Source: Torpedo marmorata (lineage: Eukaryota). From it: a DNA stretch of 64,000 bases. The notes beneath the pieces were generated by a model. That model was not told where the DNA came from and ran no database searches. It was given only the letters and a program-made list of their open reading frames with translations. The stretch is taken from the NCBI GenBank assembly GCA_977017645.1, contig OZ360228.1, forward strand, positions 97,278,001 through 97,342,000, in the 5' to 3' direction. Shown here piece after piece: positions 38,381 to 50,515 of this stretch (position 1 is its first letter; each line of letters opens with the position of its first letter). Position numbers and translations under genes: made by a program.

Positions 38381-38750
38381 CCGTGTATACGCGTGTAAAA
38401 GTCGATACCCAGCAAAAGTCAACCCCCCATTTTTGGCCCCATCTGAGCTCCTGACACCCCGACTGCCATCTCTCGCCCAGGCGCCGGACGCCCGCCCCCC
38501 CGGAGCTCCCAACACCTTGACTGCAGACTCTCGCCTAGGCCCCGGCCGCCCGCCCACCGGAGCTCTTGACGCTCTGAACGCGGATTTACCGCCCAAGCTC
38601 CCGACGCCTCAAACGATGCAGGTACTTACTACGGTCAAAAGTAGTATGCGTGTAATAGTCGACCCCCTAAATTTTACCCTAAAAATTGGTCCACAAAATT
38701 CGACTTTTACACATACATATATATATATATATACACACATACATACATAT
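38381..38750. mobile_element. Tc2/pogo-like MITE with its right TIR decayed into (TA)n, inside a CR1 3' end (about 38310-38960)
   Basis: TA-CCGTGTATACGCGTGTAAAAGTCGA...TCGACTTTTACAC-(AT)n. Confidence 0.6.
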
Positions 38751-40379
38751 ACACGTGTTTCTGGGCGCCTGAAACAGGCTGCCAGGAGCAGTGATGGAAG
38801 CAGATACAATGGTACATTTAAGAGGCTTCTAAATAGACATTGATTATGAAGGGGATATCTATCAAGTGCAAACAGTAGTTTTAGTTTGATTTGGATATCA
38901 TGTTCAGCATAGGCACAGAGTCCAAAGTGTCTGTTCCTGTGCTATATTGTTTTTGTTCCAGTTTTATGAACATGGCAAGTTATCCAAATATGTTCACAAG
39001 AACATTATAAAACAAAATGCAAAGGGAAATTATTAGTACAAATTGTTGACAGAAGGAGAAACTCTAGAGCTCAAGACCTTTGTCATCACAACTATCGGTA
39101 GCAGTAATGAAACACCAAGACTAAAAGACCAAAAATGACATGGTGAGATTTGGAATGTTGTTGGGTTTGGGAAGGGATTTTATAAACAACAATTTGCATT
39201 CTAAAACAGAATGAATCGAAGAGCTAAATTAAAATAGCAAATACAGGAATAATGAGTGAACAGGACTTAAAATGAGGATGAAGAATGAAAAAACTTTATG
39301 GAGCTCACACCAGAATGACTAAAAGTATGTGATGAAGAAGCCTGGCATGATTGTCAGCTGATTTCAGTTACAATAGTAAAATGCAGCAGAATTTATTTTC
39401 AATGTGAAAGTTTAATTGTATGTCCGTGTTTTTATAGTGTGGGTCATAATTACACCAGTTTAAGATTTAGGCAGAAATAATTTTGAAAAGTTAAGAGAAC
39501 AACTTTTTTCCATGTTTGACTTAGTTTCAAATATCAAAATTTGGTGTTGTATCAGGGTTTTTATTAAACAGTCCAAAGTAAACATTCAAAGCATATGTGC
39601 ACATTAGATATCACCCTTTTATTTCAATCAGCAATACATAAAACAGTAATTCAGAATAATCTCCCTCTACTTTCAAACTAAACCTTTTCATCTTTTTGGC
39701 TAACTGGGTAACATATTGACATGGAGAAGTTTGCATGATAATTACATTGATTTAGAGAGCCAATTTACATTTAAAAACAACTTCCCTTGGTCATTTTAGT
39801 AACACGCAAATATTTGCTCATTTTAGTAACACACATTAGAAGAATTTTAAATCTCTTTTCAACATGAATTTCCTCAATCCACCTTTCTGATAAATCTTTT
39901 TCATTACATTTTTGGTTATCTGGCCTGATATGCTACTCACCAGCTGGTGTGTTTATCTGCCTTCACTATTACTACTTGTGAAAACAAAATCTATACATTT
40001 CCAATGCATTTGTAGCTGGCTTTCATAAATTGAAGGTCAAAGTTCTCTTGCCAATGTCTTAACATCTACCATGCTTCATCCATCCATCTCTGCTTGCTGA
40101 CTTACACCTCGTTGCAAATCCCAAAATATCACTCCTCTTTTTCCAGGATGCTCTTTAAAACATACCTCTGACTAAGCTTTTGATCATATATCTTGGTATG
40201 TCTATGTGGTTCATTATTAATTATCTGATACAATTCTTCACTGGGCTCAGAATTAGCCTATTGCTTTTTTATATATTACAAGTCTTGCCAAAATACAGAC
40301 CAGATTAGCCTAGTTATTTTTGCCTACTACCAAAAATGTTCACTTAAATATTTGCAATTGGTCATAAATAATTTGACAG

Positions 40380-41221
40380 TGTTATAAACTCAAACCAGCA
40401 ACGACAGAAGACACAATGCAAAAGGGGTAAAATTGGAATTTATTAAAGACAATTAACCCCACTATAAACGTCTATAAACACTATTCTTATCTAAAGAGTG
40501 TGTGTGTGTGTGTGTGTGTATAAAACCCAGACCATTACAGTCTGTGCCCAACCCTCATGTAAAAATGGAAAACCTTCCCCAAAACCCCCAGGTCAGTCAT
40601 AAAAATAAGTCGGTCCCAAAAATACAGTCCACAAAAATCACTCTCTATATTCAGGGTCCAAATTCAGCTCTGTGCGCTGGCACGAAGGACTTATTAATGA
40701 ACATTGGAGAGAGAGACAATGACTGTTTAAGCTTACGAATGCTTGGCCTGCTTTTCCTCCCTGATGACTTTCCCTTTTGGTAGGTGCACGAGGATTGTTC
40801 TTCCCAAATCAGTGTACCACTGATTGAGGCATGTACTTGGATCTCACAGCCTGTCTCGCTGATCTCACGCCTGTTCTCCACGAAAGTTGCTTTTTCTCAG
40901 GATTTTGCTGATACAGGAGGCCATGTGCTATTCTCCCAGCCTTTCTAGCTGGAATGCACAAGCCTGGATTTGGCTGTGTTGCTCCAGCCTCTTGCAACTC
41001 CAAACTGAATGCTTTTTGCAGAGTTTTGCACCTGCTTTTGCAAAAGTGCAACAAAGTATGTTTCCACAGCCTGTCTCTCTCTCTCTCTCGGTCTCTCTCT
41101 GAGCACACCCAGTCCTGGGCAAGTTAACTCTTTCAGTACCTGGTCCCAGTGTGTACTCCAAAAGACTTCATCCTGCCTGTTGACCGTCCGCAGTCCAAAT
41201 GGTCCGTCATGGTCCATAACA
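40380..41221 (-). mobile_element. Solo LTR of the same Gypsy family (842 bp)
   Basis: TGTTA...TAACA flanked by 4-bp TSD ACAG (40376-40379, 41222-41225). Confidence 0.93.
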
Positions 41222-41573
41222 ACAGGAAGTGGCTCCTTGGTTACATTACCCGAGGTTGAAAATTTCACATCCAGCATTGAGCAAGGTTTCGCAGCATTGA
41301 TGGTGAAACATACAGCACGTGCATTGCAAAGAAACAAGGATTCACACATCAGGATCCCATAATTCAACCATATTTTAAACAAGTGTGATTTAAACTCGAA
41401 AGTACAGAATGTTTTAGGTCCTGAAATTAGTCTTGCTAAACAGTAGTATATTTAAATGTATATATTTTGTTAATATTAATGCAAGGATAAAATTATTGCA
41501 TAAAATTTCCAAGAATACATATTTTAAGTTACTGGTCTGGAATAATTTTAGTGAACACAGTAACAAATTATTT

Positions 41574-41579
41574 TTTATT
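41574..41579 (-). terminator. Candidate LRR1 poly(A) signal
   Basis: AATAAA on the minus strand about 545 nt after the stop codon. Confidence 0.5.
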
Positions 41580-42123
41580 AAATACAAATGAAAATGCCAC
41601 ATACACTGGATCAAACACCCCATAGATTACAGTCTTTTCATTTGAAAAAGAAATGCATACATTTTAGATATGAGTTGCTATTAGGAAAACATAGCCAGTG
41701 ATCTATATACACCAAATACTGCTGTGCTGATTTTTATAAACTTTAATTATCTATGATAATCTTAAGGTCCATTTAAATTGTTTTGTTAACTCATGTTTTC
41801 CTATCAATAATTGTCCAGAGTACAAAATATAGTAGCCAAACATCATTCTAACTTGACTTAAAATGTAAACCTTTTCAAGTTAAAGGCTTTGTCCAAAAAG
41901 ACTGCAATACAGATTGCTGAGTTGTGGTCCAAAACCTTGCAGTGATGTTCTTAAAATCTATATTTTGTTCAGCTTCACTCACAAAAGGAGTATGCATCAA
42001 CACTCGATATTTTGCAAAATGAGTAACATGTACATTGAGGTGTTTGTGCACTGTTTAAAATTAATACTGTACATCGGCAAAATATTCCACAGCCTACCAT
42101 TTAGCTTGAGTAGTTCATAATGA

Positions 42124-42376
42124 TCATCTGTTGCGTTGTTGATGCTTATCAAGGAACTCTGAGTAACAAGTTAATGAACAGAAATAGCAGAGAATTGGGG
42201 CCTCAGTGCCACCCATGTTGTCAACAAGGACTACTGTATGGGAGACCTGGTGTAAATTCAGGGATACAACAACTTGAATAAAAGAGTTCAGGCACGGTCT
42301 TCTGCAAAGGCATGTTTTCATCAAATTCAGATCTTGACACAGATGAGCTGGGAGGATATGTGGTCCATAAGTAATT
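42124..42376 (-). CDS. LRR1: LRR1 coding exon 4 (terminal)
   Basis: Acceptor ttattaaag; encodes ITYGPHILPAHLCQDL...CLCRRPCLNSF...HTVVLVDNMGGTEAPILCYFCSLTC...*; phase 2 matches exon 3. Confidence 0.92.
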
Positions 42377-43049
42377 CTTTAATAAAAAGGGATCAAAACA
42401 CAATTAGTTAAAACAGAATGAGCCCAAGCACCATACACAACGTACCCAAAAGCTATCCCAGACTGTTTAGGTGATGGAAGTAATTGATAATGCAATGTTT
42501 AGACGTTAGTTTCTGCATAACATTAGATTTTACACAAGATGCAGGCCACCGATTGATTGGTGAACTAATGCAGCAAATCATTACATTTTAAAGTTGTTTT
42601 GAAGACATTTGGTCAGAGATCCATCCAAGCTGTGGATTTGACCCGATGCTTCCTCCAACATTCAAGTTCACCTTCTCTTATATCATTATCATCAGGTTGT
42701 TGCCACTCAGCATTCAGCTCAGGTGAAGGGAGAAAACAAAATTAACCTCTAATTTGGAAAGAGCTCACTAAATTCCTGAAGCTGGGAGCTCCAACATTTT
42801 AGTTAGTCAATGCTACTGACAAGGAAGGTTCCAGGTCCATGTTGTATTATCTGATCAAGGTAACGTGATATTGCAATTTGCCCATAAATTCTTGGGCTTT
42901 GGCTGACAGAAACAAGGGAAGAGGTATGGGGAGGGTTTGGATGAGAGAGGCAGATCAGATTTTCAATCCCAATTATTACCTAGTGACCTTGCTTTGAATG
43001 TTTTCATACAAACAGCATTAAGGAAACAAATATCATCAGCTCTGTCTAT

Positions 43050-43056
43050 TACAAAG

Positions 43057-43099
<43 letters not shown>

Positions 43100-43330
43100 T
43101 ATATATATAAAAACAAACAAAAACAAAACCCTCCCTACATCATAACCCTCTATTTTTATTTCATCCATGTGCCTGTCTGAGAGTCTCTTAAATGCCTCTA
43201 ATGTTCCAGCCTCCACCACCACCCCTGGCAAGGCATTCCAGGCACCCATAACTCAGTTATAAAATAAATAAATAAATAAAAAAATTTAAAATCCTGATGT
43301 CTCCCCTAAACTTTCCTCCCTTCACTTTGT
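43050..43330 (-). mobile_element. CR1 3' end with a (TA)n microsatellite (about 43058-43107)
   Basis: Encodes GAWNALPGVVVEAGTLEAFKRLSDRHM; TA tract at the tail. Confidence 0.8.
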
Positions 43331-43859
43331 ACTTTTGTAGCTAAGTCATCACTTTTAGCATGGTGTTATTTTGGTAAATAGTGAAATGAAAATAGCAGAT
43401 TCTTCTTCCAGATTGGAACTTGGAGAAGTTGGTTTGAAGATCAATTAATCAATTTTTCTTTGGATTTAATTTTTTTTGCTAACTTGCATTCATTGAACAT
43501 ATCCCAGAGTGAATATTTCTCAGGATATGCACTCCAAATGCTCACCAATGATAAACATGTAAATGCATGTTTGGAATAACTATTGCAAACTGCAGAGAAT
43601 TAACAGAATTCTGTAAATTATTTTTCCACAACTCAATAGTACGGAGCAACCAAAAATTACATGCATGTTTGTGGTTTTCCCTCTGCACTGCAATATTGAT
43701 TGTGTGTATCCCTTCTGTTCTTGGCTAAACCCAAGGGAACCACGTTTACATGTGGCCACCTTTAAATCTGCTTACTTAAAACCAAATTACATTGCTGCTC
43801 TGCTAATGGGAGACCTATTACTAATCACAGTAATTTAAAAACATATTCAAGTATTTTAC

Positions 43860-44587
43860 CTGTAATTAATTGTTGCTCTTGCTGCAGCCTCCAATAGGGT
43901 CATTGGAATCTGCAAATGAATTGTTGGAATCAGAGGGTTGGGGTGGTCAAAGAGATTTCCAAATAGATCCACATTCTCCAAGCTCAGGAGCTGGAAATCA
44001 CTTGGAAGATAAGGCAACTTGTTGCGCGCTGCTGTGAAGAAGCGCAGTTTAGTTAGTTGTCCAATTCTGCAAGGAAGCTGGACTAACTCATTATCATCAA
44101 GCTTTAGATGAATGAGTTCTCGCAGTTGACAGAACTGAAGAGGGAGAGCACGTAATCGATTATGACTCAAGTCCAAAAACTGCAAAGATTTCTGCAACGT
44201 GGAATTACATAATCCAATGCTGAACATTTCCAAATAGTTATTGTGCAAAACAAGCTCATTTAGGCAAGCAAGGTCACCGATGGCAGCTGGGAGTTTGCGT
44301 ATGTGGTTATTACCAAGATCAAGCTTTTGTAGTTTTCGAAGGCAGAGCATGCGCATATCCACACGTGCCAGTTTGCAGAAGGACACCTGCAGAGATTCTA
44401 GAGAGTAAGGGAAACTTGTGGTGAGAGGATAATCCTTTCTTGATGTTATTATCATTTTGGCTTTTGGTTTTTCAACCTCAGAGGTTTTTACTGGAGCCAG
44501 GTTGGACAATGGTATAGTGTCTATTTCGCTACCTCGGTGAGCCAGCCTTAAAGCAGAAAGGAAGTTCTTCAAATTATTTGCATCTGC
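43860..44587 (-). CDS. LRR1: LRR1 coding exon 3 (leucine-rich repeats)
   Basis: Acceptor tttttaacag and donor AG|gtaaaa; ITSRKDYPL, LARVDMRMLCL, LxxLxLxxNxL repeats, TLLEAAAR; 728 nt. Confidence 0.95.
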
Positions 44588-44959
44588 CTGTTAAAAATAG
44601 AAAAGAGTTTATGAAATATTTGGTAATAGTTTACATTGCAGTTATATTTTTGAAATGTCATCTTTGAATTGTTGATAGACACTTCTGTTTTACCATTCCT
44701 CGCTGTGCTGAATTTAAGAGAATTTGACAAGTGTATAATGTTTGAATTTTCCCAAGTCCAGGCCAGAGCAGTTAATGCCTTTTTAATATCATGAAAAATA
44801 GTTTTGTGTTCACACTACATATTAGGCAACAGAAAATTATAAAATGGAGACATCTATTCTTTCTATTTTTGAATTTCCAGTGCAACTTTACATGCAGAAA
44901 TGCAATCGTGGTTAGTTTATTTTTGACTGACTGATTTTACATATGTGAAGAATGTCCAG

Positions 44960-45594
44960 CTTCTGTATACTCTCCCCTATATTCAATGCTCCGCCCTTCA
45001 GATTCACCCTGCCTTCTGTATACTCTCCCCTATATTCAATGCTCCGCCCTTCAGATTCACCCTGCCTTCTGTATACTCTCCCCTATATTCAATGCTCCGC
45101 CCTTCAGATTCACCCTGCCTTCTGTATACTCTCCCCTATATTCAATGCTCCGCCCTTCAGATTCACCCTGCCTTCTGTATACTCTCCCCTATATTCAATG
45201 CTCCGCCCTTCAGATTCACCCTGCCTTCTGTATACTCTCCCCTATATTCAATGCTCCGCCCTTCAGATTCACCCTGCCTTCTGTATACTCTCCCCTATAT
45301 TCAATGCTCCGCCCTTCAGATTCACCCTGCCTTCTGTATACTCTCCCCTATATTCAATGCTCCGCCCTTCAGATTCACCCTGCCTTCTGTATACTCTCCC
45401 CTATATTCAATGCTCCGCCCTTCAGATTCACCCTGCCTTCTGTATACTCTCCCCTATATTCAATGCTCCGCCCTTCAGATTCACCCTGCCTTCTGTATAC
45501 TCTCCCCTATATTCAATGCTCCGCCCTTCAGATTCACCCTGCCTTCTGTATACTTTCCCTATATTCAATGCTCCGCCCTTCAGATTCACCCTGC
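44960..45594. repeat. Minisatellite, 12 x 53 bp, nearly perfect
   Basis: Unit cttctgtatactctcccctatattcaatgctccgcccttcagattcaccctgc; only the last copy differs. Confidence 0.97.
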
Positions 45595-46227
45595 CTTTTC
45601 CTTGAGCAAATTCTTATTGGAGGCAAAGCATCTGCTTGTAGCAAATTTAAATTATTTGAAACTGCTTCAAAATACTGTCTTTACAATTTTCCTTTCAATG
45701 AAATATCCAGGCAAAGAAAGTGTTGAATATGTGGAATCAAGTAACTGCATACTGGAACACAAAAATATTCCATTTATTCAAAAAGATCAGCAAATTATTT
45801 ATTTCAATTAGGAACTGCAACATAATGCAATTTCTAAGAAACTATGTATTCAAAAGAGACTCCAGGATAGGGTGTTGCCTCCCGAGTGCTCGGGTCCAGT
45901 ATGACTGAGCGGGTGCAGAATATTCTTAAGGGGAAGGGTGAGCAGCCAGAGGTCGTGGTACATATTGGTACCAATGACATAGGCAGCAGTTGGGTAGAGG
46001 TCTTGCAAAGTAAGTTTAGGGAGTTAGGAAAGAGGCTGAAGAGCAGGACCTCCAAGTTAGTAATCTCTGGATTACTCCTGGTGCCACGAGCTAGGGAAGG
46101 TCAGAACAGGAAGATAGCGCAAACGTGAGATGGTGCAGGGGGCAAGGTTTGAAGTTCTTCATCATTGGAACCTTTTCTGGGGAAGGGGTGACCTGAACTC
46201 GAGGGGAACCAATATCATGGCAGGGAG

Positions 46228-47876
46228 TAAAAAACACAAAAGCTGGAGAACTCAGCAGGTCAAACAGTGTCTTTTATGTAGCAAAGGTAGAAATACATAA
46301 CCGACGTTTCAGGCTTGAGCCCTTCTTCAAAGTATGAGAAAATGCCGGCAGACGTCCGAACAAAGGAGTGAGGGGGGAAGGGGGGTGGCAAAGGCAGGAG
46401 ATGATAGGTGGAGAAAGGAAGGAGGGGACAGCAGCAAAGAGGGGGAGGAGGGATGGCTGGTTGGGTGGAAAAAACAGGAAGTACAGGTGAGGGGGAGGGG
46501 AAGGGAACAACAAGCAGGTTTAGTGGAAAGCAGAAAAGTCAATGTTAATTCCATCTGGCTGGAGAGTGCCGAGACGGAATATGAGATGTTGTTCCTCCAA
46601 TTTGCGGGTAGTCTGGGTGGGATAGTACATGAGGCCATGGACAGACATGTGAGTGTGGGAGTGTGACCCAGAATTGAAATGGTTGGCTACTGGGAGGTCG
46701 CTGTTGTTGCGGACGGAGAGGAGGTGCTCAGCAAAGCGGTCTCCCAATCTACAACCGGTCTCTCCAATGTATAGAAAGCCACAAAGGGAGCACCGGATGC
46801 AGTAGATAAGTCCTCTGGATGTACAAGTGAAGTGTAGTTTCACTTGAAAGGCCTGTTTGGGGCCCTGGACCGTGGTGAGGGGGGAGGTGTGGGCGCAGGT
46901 GTTGCACCTCCTGCGGGCACAGGGGAAGGTTCCGGGGGTGCGATGGGTGGGGAGGGACGAGTGCACGAGTGAATCACGGAGGGAGCGGTCCCTACGGAAG
47001 GCCGAGAGGGGAGGAGAAGGAAAAATGTGTCTGGTGGTGGGATCCTGCAGCAAGTGCCGGAAATTCCGGCGGATAATGTGTTGGATGCGGAGGCTGGTGG
47101 GGTGGTAGGTGAGGATGAGGGGTATTCTATGTTTGTTGCGTCTGGGGGCAGAGGGGGCCAGGGCAGATGAGCGGGAAATGGAGGAGATGCGGGTGAGGGC
47201 TGAGTTGATGGTGGTGGAGGGGAAGCCACGTTTGTGGAAAAAGGCAGACATTTCAGAAGATCTGGAGTGGAACACCTCATCTTGGGAACAGATGCGGCGG
47301 AGGCGGAGAAATTGAGAGAAGGGGATGGAGTCCTTGCAGGGGACAGGGTGTGAGGATGTGTAGTCCAGATAGTTGTGGGAGATGGAGGGTTTGTAGTAAA
47401 TGTCGGTGGAAAGCTTGTCTCCCGAGATGGAGACAGAGAGATCCAGGAAGGGGAGAGTGTTATCGGAGATGGACCAGGTGAGTTTGAGATCGTGGTGAAA
47501 GTTGGATGCGAAGTGGATGAAGTTGACAAGCTCATCGTGGGTGCATGAGGCAGCCCCGATGTAGTCGTCGATATACCGGAGGAAGAGATGAGGGGTCTTG
47601 CCTGTGTAGGCTTGCAGCATGGATTGCTCCACAAAGCCCACAAACAGGCAGGCGTAGCTGGGACCCATGCGGGTACCCATGGCTACTCCTTTGATTTGGA
47701 GGAAGTGGGATGAGTTGAAGGAGAAGTTATTGAGAGTAAGGACAAGTTCTGCCAGGCGGAGGAGAGTGGTGGTAGAGGGTGACTGGTCGGGTCTTAGGTC
47801 CAGGAAGAAGCGAAGTGCTTTCAGACCTTCTGTGTGGGGGATAGAGGTATAAAGGGATTGGACATCCATGGTGAAG
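46228..47876 (-). mobile_element. Penelope-like element (5'-truncated; open 449-aa RT C-terminus plus GIY-YIG)
   Basis: ORF 46520-47869; TSD atggcagggag at 46217-46227 and 47877-47887. Confidence 0.93.
46296..46336 (-). ncRNA. Minimal hammerhead ribozyme motif
   Basis: cauacu-UUGAAGA-a-GGGC-ucaa-GCCU-GAAAC-GUC-gguuaug. Confidence 0.7.
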
Positions 47877-49815
47877 ATGGCAGGGAGGGTTGTTAATGCT
47901 GTTGGGAGTGGGGGTTTAAACTAGATTCGCAGGAGGGTGGGAACCAAAGTGAAGAAGCAGAGGAAGAGGTGGTTTGCGCACAGGTAGGGACAGCTGGTAG
48001 GGAATTTGTGTGTTAGGAAAGGCAGATAGGGCAAAATTGCAGCCAAGGGAATGCATTGCAATACAACAGGGACACAGTCAAATATAACAAATACAGGGCT
48101 AAAGGTTTTGTATTTAAATGCACACAGCATAAGAAATAAAGTGGATGACCTTGTAGTACAGCTACACATTGGCAGCTATAATGTAATGGCCATCACGGAG
48201 TCATGGCTAAAGGATGGACGTCATTGGGAGCTACATGTCCAAGGATGCACAGTGTATCGAAAGGATAGGGAAGAAAGCAGAGGGGGCGGCATGGCTCTGT
48301 TGGTAAGGAACATTAAATCATTAGAAAAAGGTGACATAGGATCAGAAGATATAGAATCATTGTGGGTTGAGTTAAGAAATGGCAAGGGTAAAAAGACACT
48401 GTTGGCCTCCAAACAGTAGCTGGGATGTGGACAAAAATTTGCAACAGCCGATAGAAAAGGTGTGTCAGAAGGGCAATGTTATAGTAGTCATGCAAGTAGA
48501 TTGGGAAAACCAGGTTGGGACTGGATCTCAAGAGAGGTTGTAGAAAGCCTACGAGATGGCTTTTTACAGCAGCTTGTTGATGAGCCCACGAGGGCTGTAC
48601 TGGATTGGGTGTTGTATAATGCATCCGAAGTGATGAGAGAGCTTAGAGTAAAGGAACCATTAGGGGGCCAGTGATCACAATATGATTGAGTTCTATTTGA
48701 GATTTAACAAGGAGAAAATAAAGTCAGATGTGTCGGTATTTCAGTGGAGTAAAGGGAATTACAGTGGCATGAGAGAGGAACTGGCCAAAGTAGATTGGAA
48801 GGGGGCAGTAGAACTGGTAGGGAAGATGGCAGAGCAGCAATGGATGGAGTTTCTGCAAGAAATGGGGAAGGTGCAGGATAAATACATACCTAAAAAGAGG
48901 AAATATTCGAATGGAAAAATGTCACAACTTTGGCTGACTAGGCAAGTCAAAGCCAACGTGAAAGCAAAAGAGAGGGCATACAAGGAAGCAAAAATTGTGG
49001 GAAGATAAATAATTGGGAAGTTTTAAAAAACTTACAGAAGGTAATGAAAAAACTCATAATGAGGGAAAAGATGTTATGAAAGTAGGCGAGCAAATAATAT
49101 CAAAGAGGATACAAAAAGCTTCTGTAAGTACATAAAGAATAAAAGAGTTGAAAGTAGATGTAGGACAACTAGAAAATCATGCTGGAGAAATAATAATGGG
49201 AGACAAGGAGATGGCAGAGGAACTAAATTAGTATTTTGCACCAGCCTTCACTGTGGAAGACACCAGCAATGTGCCAGATGTCGAAGGGTATCAGGGAAAG
49301 AAAGTGAGTGCAGTTACTATTGCAGGGAGAAGGTGCTCAGAATCCAAATGTTCCAAGGGTGGATAAGTCTCCCAGACCAGATGCAATGCACCCTCAGGTC
49401 CTGAAAGAGGTAGCTGTAGAGATTGTGGAGGCATTGGTAATGATCTTTCAGGAATCAAAAGATTCTGCCTTGGTCCCGGAGGACTGGAAAATCACAAATG
49501 TCATCCCAGTACTCAAGGGAGTGAGGCAGCAGAATGGAAATTATAGGCCGGTTAACTTGACATCAGTGGTTGGGAAGACATTGGAGTCAATTGTAAAGGA
49601 TGAGGTTACGGAGTACTTGCAGGTACATGACAGGATAAGACAAAGCCAGCATGGTTTCCTTTATGGAAGATCTTGCTCGACAAACCTATTGGAATTCTTT
49701 GAGGAAGCAACAAGCAGGCTGGATAAAGGAGATGCAGTGGATGTTGTGTATTTGGATTTTCAGAAGGTATTTGACAAGGTACCACACATGAGACTACTTA
49801 ACAAGATAAGAGACC

Positions 49816-50047
49816 TGTGTAAAAAATTAATGGTGTGACGTCTCCAAAAAGGTGGGAAAAGCAATGAAGCACTGACGGTACGTTTAGTTTTCTTTTTATT
49901 TGTATGTTTTGTTTCTTAGGTTTTGTTATTCCTTTTTAGTTGGGGGGGGTAGGGAAGGGAAATTTAATAATAATGTTGTATACAATTGGAAATTGTATGA
50001 TTATGTTTATATTGTTAATCTTTTTGTGAAAAATGAAAAAAAAAAAA
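49816..50047 (+). mobile_element. Short L1-type 3'UTR insertion with poly(A)
   Basis: 16-bp TSD aacaagataagagacc (49800-49815, 50048-50063); G-rich tract; poly(A). Confidence 0.82.
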
Positions 50048-50143
50048 AACAAGATAAGAGACCATGGTACAACAGGAAAAATACTAGTGTGGGTAGAGCA
50101 TTGGCTGATTGGCAGGAAACGGAGTTGGAATACAAGGATTATA

Positions 50144-50447
50144 CAGGTGCTCCTCTACTTACGATGGCTCGACTTACGATTTTTCGAAGTTACGATAGTA
50201 CGCTGGCGCTATATTTTATGATTAAAAATTTTTTTTTTTCAGTGTGGGATAAAAAGGTATTCAACATTTAATTATAAAACAGGCTTTGTTTTAGATAAAT
50301 TTGCCCAGCTGTAGGCTATGGTAAGTGGTCTGAATACATTTAAGGTAGGCTAGGCTATGATGTTCGGTATTCTTTTTCGACTTACGATTTTTCCACTTAC
50401 GATGGGTTTAGCGGAACGCAACCCCATCCTAAGTAGAGGAGCACCTG
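50144..50447. mobile_element. Tigger-type MITE (Tigger5/MER47-like TIRs)
   Basis: TA-CAGGTGCTCCTCTACTTACGATGG...CCATCCTAAGTAGAGGAGCACCTG-TA. Confidence 0.85.
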
Positions 50448-50515
50448 TATTCTCATTGGCTCCCAGTTGCTAGTGGTGTTCCACAGGGGTCAGTGTTGGG
50501 GCCGCTTCTTTTTAT

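Noticed and set aside
44945-45811. Three long + strand ORFs (217-288 aa) and a CRISPR-like periodic appearance
   Set aside because: They arise from a stop-free 53-bp tandem repeat; there are no unique spacers and no cas genes
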